Positions 49,150 through 64,000 of a stretch of DNA of 64,000 bases are shown here, in pieces. Position 1 is the stretch's first letter. Every line of letters begins with the position of its first letter. Source of the DNA: Eledone cirrhosa (taxonomy: Eukaryota); contig OZ024740.1 of NCBI GenBank assembly GCA_964016885.1, positions 128,030,001 to 128,094,000 on the forward strand, in the 5' to 3' direction. Below the pieces are notes generated by a model, which did not search any database, had not been told where the DNA came from, and saw only the letters and a list, made by a program, of their open reading frames with translations. Both the position numbers and the translations under genes were made by a program.

Positions 49150-51847
49150 AACTTAGAAATATTATAGAACAGTATAGCAAGAAGCATAATAGAATGGAGG
49201 CCCAGCAACTGGGAGAAAAATCTGCAAATGGCTTGCGTAAGCTCATGCAGCGCTCGCGTAATGGAGAGATAGCATGCTTTCCAACAGACAAGTCTGGCAG
49301 AATCTCGGTTGACAGCCTGCCAAACTACATCCATGCAATGCAACCCCACATCACTAACACAAGAGAGGTAACACCACAGGAGCATGAGGATAGAGAAAAA
49401 GCCCTCAATGCCCATATGGTGATGTGGACGAATATAATGCAGCCCAACAAAAGGACTGCCAACAACTTCCAGGCCTGGAACAATGACGTGCCGGCGTTGT
49501 ATGGGCTTCGAAAAGACCATAAAACAGGCAGTGACCCTTCGCGGGACCACCAACACGGCCAGTCTGTGGAGCTAACATTGCTAGTAACTACAGACTGTCC
49601 TACTTCCTCTCCCTGATCATACGCCCCATCATTGAAATATCCTCAGATGTATGTGACAGCACGGAGGACCTCCTCAGCAGAATCGGCGAGAGTAACCGAT
49701 CTAGGGACCTAACAAACTGCATAATAGGTAGTATGGATGTTGTGTCCCTGTATCCATCTATTGACGTGGATTTTGCTGTGAAGAAATGCGTAGAAATGAT
49801 CAGTGAGAGCAATGTTGAGTTCCGTGGGATTGATACCAGTGAGCTGGGACTCCTACTTAAACTTACCTATAGTAATAATTACCTAGACACATATGACCTT
49901 AGCAACCTGTGCCCTACAAGACCAGCAAGAGGCAGACCACCTACCATTACCTCAATGGCCAAGAAAACCCACACAGATAGATGGAACGGGTGGACCAGAG
50001 CCATACGGACACCCTAAAACCACGATGAACTGAAGAAAATGATTGCACATGCGGTAGGGGCAAGCATAAAACTAACCCCTAAGGAACATATGTTCAAATT
50101 TAATGGAAAAACATATGCCCAAAAGGAAAGAGCAGCCATTGGTGTTAGCATTGCAGGCGATATAGCTAACTTATTCATGGTATGGTGGGACAGTAGACTT
50201 AAACTTAAACTTAAAGAACAATTAGAAGACCCCTTAACCCTGATAATGTACTCCCGCTACGTTGATGATATAAACATCGTAGTTAAGACACCCCCACTAG
50301 AGAACAGTCAGGAACTAGAGAAAAACACAATGGAAAGCATCCAGCAAATAGCTAACTCCATCCACCAGAGCATTAGAGTTACTATAGACTACCCAAGTAA
50401 ACACCCCAACCATCGATTACCTGTACTAGACACAGAGCTCTGGTTAGATACCATTAATGACAAAAAACAAATCCTCCATTCCCATTATGCCAAACCCATG
50501 ACTTCCAAACATCTGATCCACCGAAACTCGGCCGTTTCGGACCATAACAAAATCAACATACTGATTGCGGATTTGGTACAGGTGATGAGAAACGTGTCCC
50601 GCATGTGCAACCCCGAAGAACTAGAGAGACACATACAACACTTCATCCACCGTATGCAGTTCTCTGGCTACAATCAGAGAGATACAATCAGAGTGTATAG
50701 AGGAGCCAGAACCAAATGGGAAAAAATGGTAAATAATGACATAAATGGGACCTGCCCCTTGTACAAGAGCAAATTTTGGAATAGAATAGAAAGAACTAGG
50801 AACAAGGCTAATAGAATAAACTCATGGTATGATAGCAATAAATACCAGAGTGTAATGTTCATCGATACAACCCCTAGAGGTGAATTAGCTTACAAATTTA
50901 GAAGGGCCCTAGATAAACATAAACTCAATATTAAGATAGTAGAAAGACCAGGTACCTCCATAAAAACACTTATTAGCAAGACATACCCTTTTCAAAGACA
51001 CTCATGTATAGATAAGAAACGTATAACCTGTTAAATAAGCCCCCATATTAACTGTAAAACTAGAAATGTAGTGTATAGCATAAGATGTACTGAAGGACAA
51101 TGTAGAGACAAAAATATAGTGTACATAGGTGAGACAGCTCGTAGTATAGGGGAACGGATAAATGAACACTGGCGAGACTTTCAAGATAGTAAAGAATCAT
51201 CTGTACTCTACCAACATGCTAAAATAGAACACAAGGGTAAATTAGAGAACATAGAAATAAAAATAGAATCTACACACAGAAAAGACGCAATGTTTAGACA
51301 AATCACAGAGGCAATAATCATAAAAGAATTACAACCAAAATTAAATAGAAAATATGAGTGGAACAGCAACATCACAACTTACAATTAAGGACAAAATGAA
51401 TACACACACACACATAGAACAAACAACCAACCAGTAACATGTAAATAAACAAATAAATAAATGAACATAAACACACACAGACACCCGGATGTGGCGCATG
51501 CACAGACTGAGCATACAACACACACACAGAAACAAAATAGCGTAGGACAGAACAAAGGAGAGGCACAAAAACAAAGAAAGAAATCCCCAGTCACTGAAGA
51601 GGTCACAGAGTGTGTGACGGAAGAACTATGACAATATATAAACAAATTTCTGGTTGTGGAACCAACCAACCAACCAACCATAAATTTATAAATTTATAAA
51701 TTTATTACAAATTTAATATAATAAATTGAAGTGAAAGCACCTGGTGCGTGTGTTTCTTATTGGCAACATGACCCTCCCAAAGTATAACAATATCGGTTTC
51801 AACACACGATTTCAGATAAAGAATCTTGCTAAATAAATTCAGAAACG

Positions 51848-51850
<3 letters not shown>
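49150..51850 (+). mobile_element. PLE family A, copy 2
   Basis: Colinear with 15489-18051; PTDKSG, MDVVSLYPSI, RYVDD and YSIRCTEGQC..YIGETARSIGERINEH. Confidence 0.93.
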
Positions 51851-51897
<47 letters not shown>

Positions 51898-52276
51898 AGG
51901 TTTGACGGACCCAGCATATTTATCAATGCCAATACAGGTTGTATCTCAGCGCACTCAATGGGCAATGTAAGATGCATTACCAGAGTATACACATAGTTAT
52001 TTGCCTCAACACAACACACGTAAAACGGGTGCCTTTAAGGTTCCCGGCCTCGAGTTTCTGCAGCACTAATGCAGCAGTAAGGTGCACTGCACCATCTGTC
52101 TACATATATTATGCAACACTGCACAATAGGCTTATGCGGCTTCATCAGCGGGTATCGCCTTATCAATAACAAAGTGATCGTCATAATCCAAACACCAGCC
52201 CGTGCCTGACATGTCTGTTTGTGACAACCGACAAGGTAAAGCGATTAACTGGCAACCGATAGGACTCTATCTCTCA

Positions 52277-52338
<62 letters not shown>

Positions 52339-52341
<3 letters not shown>

Positions 52342-55300
52342 TAGACGGAATAGAAATAGCTGACAAATTGTTCATAGTTGAAAAATGGTTTAATTAGGAA
52401 TAAAAGAGTATTAGTGATTGTATGGGTTAGTATTCAGTTGTGGTTTTAAGTTTTTAAGTTTCTACCGGTTGCGCATTTCTAAATGCTTTTCAAAAATAAT
52501 TTTGAGATAGAGTGTCCGTGTTGTTTGCTCTGATCTGATTAGTTTTGGGAATTCTACCGGTTTTTATGTTAAAAAAGTGGCTCCAGCGTTACTTTGGTGT
52601 TGCAAAAATTATTGTGGTCAAAACAATTTTGATTGGTCGGTAGAGGTCATGTGAATGTAAACAATTGATTTTGCGCCAAGACTGTTTTTATGTTAAAAAA
52701 GTGGCTCCAGCGCTATTTGGTGTTTGCAAACTTTCAGAGACAGAACGTTCTCATTCTGAAAGATGATACAAAATCACAACAAAGCAGAGATATATGAAAA
52801 ATGGCTTCACTCAACCCCTCTAACTCTCCCCCGTAAACTACAAATAAAGTCCATTCCAAATGAACCCGAACCTCAAAGACACATTAGGGAAAGAATGGCA
52901 TTGGAAAAAATGAAGACAGAAATTGAACTTCTTAAACTGAGGGCCCAGACAAATGAGGAAAAAATCAAAACCATCGATGAAGAGATCCTCCTGGAAATCA
53001 ACAACAAAACTGAAGGCCCCAAGGTAGAGAAGATCTCCAAATTATGGAAAGAGGACTTCAACAGAGAAGAAGTGAAATCCCTTCAACGCTGGGAAAAAAG
53101 TGCCGCTTGGTTCCTACACTATGAATCGACTTTTCAAACGGATTACACCTCCAATAACCCGTTAATAAAAATAGGAAAACCCATAACTGAACCGCACAAC
53201 AACTTCTCAAACCCCCAAGCCTCTAACAAACGAAGAAGGAAGCACCACACCGAAGATGAACTTCCCAACCTCGCTACCATAAGAAGGAACACAAACCCAA
53301 GAAATCATCTCCCCCAGAATGACATTTACAACTTTCCCCCTTCAAGGAGACACCATACCAAATCACTCAACTACTACGCGGATGCCTCATCGTCAAACAT
53401 AGGGAAATGATACCACTGCCATGATAGATGTAACAACTTCCCCGCTTCAAGGGGACAGCAAGGTAATTACCATTTTCTCAACTCTCGCTTCCACAATACA
53501 CAACAAACCCACACCACAGGATACAACCAACAACGTAGGCCACTTATAACACCACAATACAACATGGCACATAGAAACACACACCCATACTCGCAGTACA
53601 GGAACACCCCATCCAATCCACAACCACCAACACGAACCACATTTTACAACAACAAGGAATATAACAAACACAGGAGACCACTTAACATCAGCAGACAACC
53701 CCTCTACCCCAACCATTTTTTAGACACAGCACACAGATACAGGCAAACAAAATAACACAAGATAGGGAGGAGAAACCGATAGTAATAAACATTATCAATC
53801 TTACTAGTGCAGAACCAACACCCAACCTTATCAACTTACTCTCCAAACGTCTTAATTTCACACCGACCCCACTACGTCCTAACTACTACGAAATGAAGGA
53901 AGACATCACAGACTTCTGTAGAAAGTTACGACCAGTACAATGAGGATGAATCATTAGCCAGAAATAGAAGCAATTACACCCCTTCAAAAGGTAGAAATAA
54001 AATCCTGGACGAATTCTGTGAACACATCACAAACTTCCCTTACCAACACTTGCACAGAGAAAAACACAAGCCAAACCTCAACAAGAAAGAATGGGAAGAA
54101 TTAAATAGATTAAAAACCGACAGAACCATTACAATTAAAGAGGCTGATAAAGGGAGTACAGTAGTCCTAATGGAGACAGAATTCTATATCAACTTAGCGC
54201 TCTCCACTTTGGAAAACGAAACATACTACGAAAAGGCTGAACACTACAATCAACAGAAAATTATGAGAAACCTAAAAACTCTAATCAACCAATACAAAGA
54301 AGGACTCACTAACAAGGAATTCAGCTTCATCACAGACTTCACAAGTAAATCCAGCCTCTTCTACGGTATCCCTAAAGTACATAAAAGCGAATCAATAAGT
54401 AAGGCATGCAAGGAAGCCACAGACATACTCATCAATGTCCCCTCACCCAATGATCTCAAATTAAGACCTATAATAGCAGGGCCCGCTTGCGAAACGCACC
54501 GTCTTAGCAACTTCATTGATACCCTTCTCAAACCCTTCCTCAAACACATCAAAAGCTATATAAGGGACGACCTAGATATGCTCAATCACCTCCCTAATAT
54601 GCCACTTTCTGAACAAACCATACTAGTGACGTTCGATGTAGTCAACCTATACTCCAACATCCCCCACAACCTAGGAATAGAAGCTATCCAATTCTGGCTG
54701 GATAATTTCCACAATGAACTCCCACAACGCATCAAAAAAGAATTCGTGATAGAGCGACTGAAATTTATCTTGGAGAACAATTACTTCGTTTTCAATAACA
54801 AACCCTACAGGCAGAAATCTGGGACCGCTATGGGAACGAAAACAGCCCCCACTTATGCCAACCTAGTCATGGGATACCTGGAAATCACCCTCTACACTAA
54901 AGTCCTAAACAAATTTGGAAACACCCTCCACTTACACATTGAAAGGAACTGGAAGCGATATCTAGATGACTGCTTCATCCTTTGGCACGAAAACATCGAA
55001 AAACCTAAAGAATTTCACACCCTTATAAATGGGCTCAACACGAATATTAACTTCACGATGGAATACAGCCATCAACAACTCCCCTTCCTCGACATCCTCA
55101 TTAAGATCCATAACAAAAAAATAGAAACAGACATATACTACAAGCCCACAGACTCCAAGCAATATCTTCCCTTCAACTCTTGCCACCCTAGACGCGTTAA
55201 AATTAATATTCCTCACAACTTAGCCAAGAGAATCTGTACTATAGTCTCCAATAAAAACATCTGCTACTTACGGCTACAAGAACTAAAGGACACACTCATA

Positions 55301-56164
55301 GGCAGGGACTACCCTGCATCACTAATTGACAATGGAATCCAACGTGCCCTAAAACTCAGTACACAGGACCTTAGACACCCTAAAGTAAATCAACCGAAAC
55401 TAAAAGCTCTTCCATAAATCTCCACACACAACCCTCTCAACAATGAGGCATTTGACACCATCCTCCAGAACATCCCTGTGTTGAAAAAAGACCATAGAAT
55501 GAACCAAATCCTACGAACACACGATATCATAAAGAGAAAAAGACAATCCAAGTCAATGAAAAACATCCTAACACATGCCAAAGTACTGCCAACCACAACA
55601 ACGAAACCCAGGGTAAAAGAATGCGATAGACCCAACTGTGGCATTTGCATCAACCTAATAGAGGGTTCGGAATTCTATTTCAAAGATGGACAACGTTTTA
55701 TAGTAAAACACAATTTCACATGTGCATCGGAAAATCTAATATATGTATTAACTGGCTCAGGTTGTCGGGAACAATACATAGGCCAGACCAAAACCAGCCT
55801 CCGCCAACGCATGACTGTCCATAGATCCCAAATTAAAATACGGGAATACAGGAAAATACCACTGAGTGAACACATTGATACCCGTGGCGCCCAAAATCAT
55901 CCCAACTTCAGAATCTTTCCCCTCTACAAATTTAAAGATAATGCCACCCACACACAGCGCATCAGCAAGGAATCTTACTTCATTAACAAATACGGACCCC
56001 GTCTAAACACTTCTCCCTAAGATGAACCCACAACATACACACGTTGACATACATACCTACATCAGCACACATCTCCACCCACATATAAACACAATGACAT
56101 ACGTAAACACACATGCTCTATGGTGCAACACAGAAAAATATATGTGTATATATATGTATATATA

Positions 56165-56195
<31 letters not shown>

Positions 56196-56555
56196 ATATA
56201 TAGTGAATATATGTATGTGTATATATATGTAGTGAATATCATTTCGCACCTTCTATTGTTAAGATTTTTGATGTTCTATTAAGAGAACCGATTTTACTGA
56301 AAAAATCGAATAATGTACACCATTTTACCAGGGGGAAAAAAATACTGGTCCCCCCCCACACACACACATATATACACACACACATACACACGCGTACATT
56401 AACATTCAAAGAGACTTATACACACACACACACACACACACGCACTTCTCCGTATTAGACAAAAGTTGAAAAATATCTTTTGACATGCTAAAATACCCCC
56501 CATTGCTTTCAGACACATTCTTACTGACCATCCTTGCTACCACGAATTACTCTGC

Positions 56556-56612
<57 letters not shown>

Positions 56613-56635
56613 ATACACACACACACACACACACA

Positions 56636-56676
<41 letters not shown>

Positions 56677-57297
56677 ATCTTAATAGCCATTTGACACACA
56701 TCCCTGCTAACCATTATCACAACATCAAACACCTTACTACTACTACTACACACACACACACACACGCATATTTGTTGTGAAAGAGTCATTTCTCAATCTT
56801 GGCACAAAACCAATTTTTTATTCACATGACCTCTACCGACCAATCAAAATTGTTTTGACCACAAGAATTTTTGCAAACACCAAGTAGCGCTGGAGCCACT
56901 TTTTTAACATAAAAACAGTCTTGGCGCAAAATCAATTTTTTACATTCACATGACCTCTACCGACCAATCAAAATTGTTTTGACCACAAGAATTTTTGCAA
57001 CACCAAAGCAACGCTGGAGCCACTTTTTTAACATAAAAACAGGTAGAATTCCCAAAACTAATCAGATCAGAGCAAACAACACGGACACTCTATCTCAAAA
57101 TTATTTCTGAAAAGCATTTAGAAATGCGCAACCGGTAAAAACTTAAAAACTTAAAACCACAACTGAATACTAACCCATACAATCACTAATACTCTTTTAT
57201 TCCTAATTAAACCATTTTTCAACTGTGAACAATTTGTCAGCATTTTCTATTCCGTCTACCAATATATAATAACTTGTGTGTTACACCTCTATTCTTT

Positions 57298-57302
<5 letters not shown>
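52339..57302 (+). mobile_element. PLE family C, copy 2, with an inverted 5' segment (52339-52730)
   Basis: ORFs 52763-53410, 54050-55417 (GTAMGT, RYLDD) and 55478-56020 (GIY-YIG); terminal repeat runs to 57302. Confidence 0.95.
57104..57140 (+). ncRNA. Candidate variant hammerhead of PLE-C (YUGAAAA...GCAAC core; 5 copies)
   Basis: ttt-(T/C)TGAAAA-gcatt(taga)aatgc-GCA-ACCGGT-A-aaa; also at 24957, 42987, 47963 and 52460. Confidence 0.5.
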
Positions 57303-57367
<65 letters not shown>

Positions 57368-57387
57368 GCCTTTATGGTAAATAAAGA

Positions 57388-57422
<35 letters not shown>

Positions 57423-58164
57423 TAAAGAAAACGAAAAATCAGTGATGCATCTGGACTTAATTTATTGCGTGTTAAAATTGTTTCGCCGGCAGGTAGCTCG
57501 AGATATGGTCTCTGTATGGGTCTGGCTGATTCTACGGCTGCAGGTTCTTTCAGACACAGGTATTTCTTTCGGAGCAAATTTTATCAATGGGGTGTTATCA
57601 TCAAAATACCTTAAAAAAACCCTGTTCCACTCTTTTACTCCACGTCATCACAATTTCTGGTCAGTATTTACTGCTACATGGGTCATCAGCCATTTTCCGT
57701 CCGACACACTTCAATGGAGTCATGCTGGGTTCAGTATCTCACACGTCTGTTCACATTCCAGAGTAAGCACCCACACATACGAATATACACACAAGTATAC
57801 ACACACATGTAGACACAGACACATTCGTGCAAACACACACGTACGCCTACATGCGTAGACATACACACCCCCACATTCATACAAGCATGTATATATACAC
57901 ACACACGCTCTCCCTTACCTCCACAAACCCAGTCACACCCACTTCTAGATACATATCGCCACAAGCCTTATAACGGTTGCTACGTCGCGCCATATATCCG
58001 GTCGGACAAGTATGGCCTACGCAGACATACACATATATACACACATACGCGCGCACATATACATACGCACAACCTTATATACATTTATATATATACACAC
58101 TCATACACAGACATACATACATATACACACACACACATATATATACATAGAGAGAGAGAGAGAG

Positions 58165-58778
58165 AATTTAGTATATCTACTAACATATGCGTACAGATGT
58201 ACGCTAATGCTAGCAAATACACAGGTTATGTCATAGTACCTAGGTGGTTCAATGCAGTAGGATGCAGAACAATAATATAAAAGACGTAAAATAAGAAAAT
58301 TTTAAAAAATTAGCGTACATCTGTACGCATATGTTAGTTGATATACTAAATTCTCTATATTTATCTCCAAATTACTTATTTGTTGAGCAAACCTGCCAAA
58401 ACCACTACTAATTTATTGGTGTGCTAGTAGGCTTCTGTCATCTTACCATCCCACTCCTACCGACTAGCCTCAGTGTCACGTGATTGATTCTTTAGAATCT
58501 GCCATTTGACCAGAGACAGCGAGCTTTTCAGTGCATGGAATCCAATCCCCTCTAGCTGTTCCATCTACCGAATTATTATTATTTTTATATGAGTCCCCAG
58601 TGTCCGCGCATTGCCTGGAGACTTAGCTGAGAATAGACTCCCTGATGACGCAATGAATTCTCGACAGTTTATTACGTAACTGTCTTTATCCCATTGCAGA
58701 AACTAATTAGTTGGAGTGAAAATTTTAGTAAGTAAGTTAATTTTTTTTTTTTATTTTTTTTAATTTTCTTATTTTACG

Positions 58779-58785
<7 letters not shown>
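58165..58785 (+). mobile_element. Non-coding hammerhead repeat (531-bp family) with an inverted 5' piece
   Basis: Homologous to 62913-63830; HHR at 58637-58717: actcc-CTGATGA-c-gcaatg..cattgc-a-GAA-ACTAATTAGT-T-ggagt. Confidence 0.8.
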
Positions 58786-58874
<89 letters not shown>

Positions 58875-59334
58875 TAGAATAATCGAGAATCGGAAAATAT
58901 ACATACAAATACATATATATACTCACACAAGCCCACACATACATACAAAATACACATACGTACACAAAATTACATACACACATACATACACACACACACA
59001 TATATATATATATATATTCAAAAAAACTCCCACACATATACATATAGATACACATATGCAGGCTTATATACATCTACATATGCATACGCACACGGGCTGC
59101 CACATGCAGACACCTGCACATATGCATATTTTCTTACACACACATGTGCTTCCACATATACATATATAAACAAAACCGTAAATTAAATATGCAATATATA
59201 GTAAATACACAATATATATATATATACAATATATAAAAAATACAATATATAATAAAAAACACAATATACCATAAAATACCGTAACTTAAAATATAAAATA
59301 TAAAGTATAAAATATCAATATATTATACAACATG

Positions 59335-59387
<53 letters not shown>

Positions 59388-60120
59388 TGTACACACATTC
59401 ATACATACATATAAGGATATATACAAAGGATATATAAAAAGAATAATAGTAATAAAATGCATATATACTCCATATATAATCATCCGTACAGATTCCTGTG
59501 AGATGCACATAGACACATACATGTATGCACAAATACACATACACACATATAGAGGCCCACATATGCATATACCCGCACCCACACATATGTATAAATATAT
59601 ACATATATATATACACACACCTACTCATACGTAGCTATACGTACATACGCACACATATATACATATACATACATATATATATATTTATATATACACACAT
59701 ATATACATACATGCACATGTCTGCACATACACGCGCTCATAAGCTCATGCATACACGTACACATGCCCATATACACACCCCCATACACACCCACGTATAT
59801 ATATATATATATCTACATACACACACACATACATATACCTACTCACATGTCCTCACATAAAAACACGCGAATATAAACACAACAGGATAATAAAATAAAA
59901 TAAAATAAATAAATAAATTTACAATATTTTAGGATACATTAAAATCTGTATGTAACTTCATATATAGGTACAAGAAAAAAGGGGTAAAATAAAAAACGGG
60001 GGAGGGGGTACAGGAGAAGGTGCGTGTAACCATGTGATATACTACACACAGGTAGTATGAGATGCAGACTTGTGTCCGTATACAGAACAGGTAACAGTAA
60101 CAGAACAATAATAGAACAAT

Positions 60121-60507
60121 AATTGTTTCTACATTAGGCACAAGGCCAGCAATTACCCAGTGCATTACTGGTACTTTATTTTATCGACCCCGTAAGGATG
60201 AAAGGCAAAGTCAACCTCGGCGGGATTTGAACTCAGATCGTAAAGGGACGTAACTATGCTAGAAAGCATGGCGTCCGACCCTCTACCGATACTGCCAATC
60301 CACCGCCCTTAATAATAGAACAATAATTGTTTCTACTTTAGGCACAAGGCCAGCAATTACCCAGTGCATTACTGGTACTTTATTTTATCGACCCCGTAAG
60401 GATGAAAGGCAAAGTCAACCTCGGCGGGATTTGAACTCAGATCGTAAAGGAACGTAACTATGCTGGAAAGCATGGCGTCCGACCTTCTACCGATACTGCC
60501 AATCCAC
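60121..60507 (-). mobile_element. Two adjacent tRNA-derived SINEs (60121-60310 and 60325-60507)
   Basis: Both have A and B boxes; aataatagaacaat is duplicated at 60107-60120 and 60311-60324 (TSD-like). Confidence 0.9.
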
Positions 60508-60539
60508 AACAATAATGACAGTAATAATCATTGTTCCAA

Positions 60540-61880
60540 AGTGGGACAGGTGGAGAGTATATAGTCACGATTGACGGGGTACATATTCAAGGGGACGCCT
60601 TGCCCGGTCGCCATGGCGCATGGTACCGTGGCTGAGGTGTGTTGTTCTATATGTTTGTGGTATCGGGCCGGGCGGCACTGGGTCCCGTATTAGCCGGTCC
60701 CGTCCCATGCGATGTGTCTTCCAATGTTGTGTGCTCGGTCAGGTGCGCCCTTGCTTTACATATGCTTTCCTCACGGGTCGCACACAGTCATCAGGGCATG
60801 GCGTCAGGTCCCCTAAACCCGTTGGGCCAATCAGGTCTGTGCGTACCCGTTCCCATGCCCCCGGCCTGCGCCACCCGGAGGATTCCATGCTGCAAATATG
60901 CATCTTCTCTGGTGTTTGCATGTCATGATAATATCAGACTTCAGGTTGACGACGTCATCCTTCAATCTGACTATCCCCATTGCCTCGTGTAGGCATAATC
61001 GTCACTTTCTACTACCGGTCGAATATGCCCTCGCGTGGCGAACGATACTCCATTCCAGGGCGTACGGAGTGCTTTGGTCTTTCAGGTCCCACACCAGGTC
61101 CGCTAACCTAGTGGTGTGCCTTTTGCTACGGTCCCTGAAGGAATTCGTGTGATTATACATCCGCGATTTAAAGATTGTGGATGTGGTGCCGATGTTGGTG
61201 CGATGCACGTTTTGGATTTTAACCACACATGTGTATATTAAGTCCTTCATCAAGCATTTTCTCTGTAGGGGCATCGGGTGCCCGCTCTACAGTTACAAGT
61301 TCTGCTGTCAGTTCTTATGCATCCGATGTCCGGGCCTCGATCTGATATGGCCCTCTCAATCTTCTCAGGGTGTTGTACCGCCGATACTGCTATCTCCCCC
61401 ATGCCACTATTTCCCTCTCGGTGCTGGACCATATCGCCCTCCGTGGGCGCTCTGGTCGCCTCGGGGGCTGGGTTGTCATTTGAGGGCAGGTCCCTGGGTG
61501 GATCTCCGCGCTCCAAAAGACGGTCACTCTTTCTCCGCGGTTCACAGCCAGTGTGCACCACCTTCACCGCGTTAGTTTTAGCCATGTAGTGGGCCATATT
61601 AGGTGCCGTGGAGAAGGAAAATTTCACCGCTGGGCGGTTTAAGATTTTGTGGTACTTGTTTGTCGTCGGAAAGCACTCATCCAACGCTCGGAAAAAAGTC
61701 CTGGCACGTTGGTGCGTACATGTTTGGAGTAAGGCGCATTGAACCAAGTAACGGCCGTAGATCTGTTCCTTCGCGTGCGTGGATTCTTATTGGTGTGTCC
61801 AGGACTCGATGTCCGTCCTGTGCTCGGCCCAACCACAATTACATCCCGTGCGTTGTCTCTGTCTATTTGCCCGCTATGTA
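60540..61880 (-). mobile_element. Naiad-type PLE 3' half (GIY-YIG), frameshifted, with an in-frame TGA at a Cys position
   Basis: TWFNAPYS..V.TN, FP..NKYHKILNR..VKFSFS..PNM, TCNCR..CP, KCL..LIY, IGTT..FKSR..NH..SF and WSIV..AY..SRK*RLCL.E..N.KSD..C.H. Confidence 0.85.
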
Positions 61881-62238
61881 CGTCGGGGTTATGCTCTACA
61901 GTTATAAAGTTACGTCGTTCTATGTGGTCATCTATACGTCTATTCCCCTTAGGTCTATGTCATGCTGCTGTCGGTACGATACCACTACAACCAGGCTGGG
62001 CATGCTCCCTGGCGTGTGCACCATTCGTATTTGTCGATGTCCTGTCCTTGGCCCCAGTTGTCGTGGAGTATGCAGTGTCCGTCCTGTGTCATTAATGCTA
62101 GTTGTGTGGCTATTTTTGTTCCTGGATACTGGTACCGGTTCATTTCTTATACCTAAGGAGGCACCCCTGCTATTGGCATTTCTGCACGCCTTATCACCTG
62201 GCTCTACTCTGTCCGGGGTATATAGGATGGTGTCTTTG

Positions 62239-64000
<1,762 letters not shown>

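Noticed and set aside
60745-60800. Canonical hammerhead at the minus-strand CTGATGA downstream of the Naiad ORF
   Set aside because: GAAAGC..GC is followed by AA rather than UH and helix II is weak; kept only as a note under the SECIS candidate.

Overview
AT-rich, microsatellite-laden animal genomic DNA. The tRNA-derived SINE family resembles octopod cephalopod SINEs (inference from memory, not searched). I could not establish any host gene; most listed ORFs are (TA)n/(CA)n artefacts. The window is a dense nest of Penelope-like retroelements (PLEs; RT + GIY-YIG) from at least four families, plus decayed CR1-, RTE-, CRE- and R4-like LINE pieces, a complete non-autonomous Helitron and about ten SINEs. 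The main signal is RNA-structural: by eye I count roughly 35 hammerhead-ribozyme (HHR) or HHR-like motifs from about a dozen families, several with non-canonical cores shared between separate copies. The clearest case is a 311-bp non-coding tandem array (11145-13961) with one HHR per unit, i.e. a retrozyme-like template for circular RNA. It reverses polarity inside the ribozyme's own closing stem, creating a ~740-bp hairpin. Two further ~530-550-bp HHR repeat families show the same tandem-plus-inversion layout. Also notable: a two-ORF PLE joined by a conserved U-UUU-UUA -1 slippery site, and a Naiad-type PLE with an in-frame TGA at a conserved Cys plus a SECIS-like stem. All structures were folded by eye and need computational and experimental confirmation.
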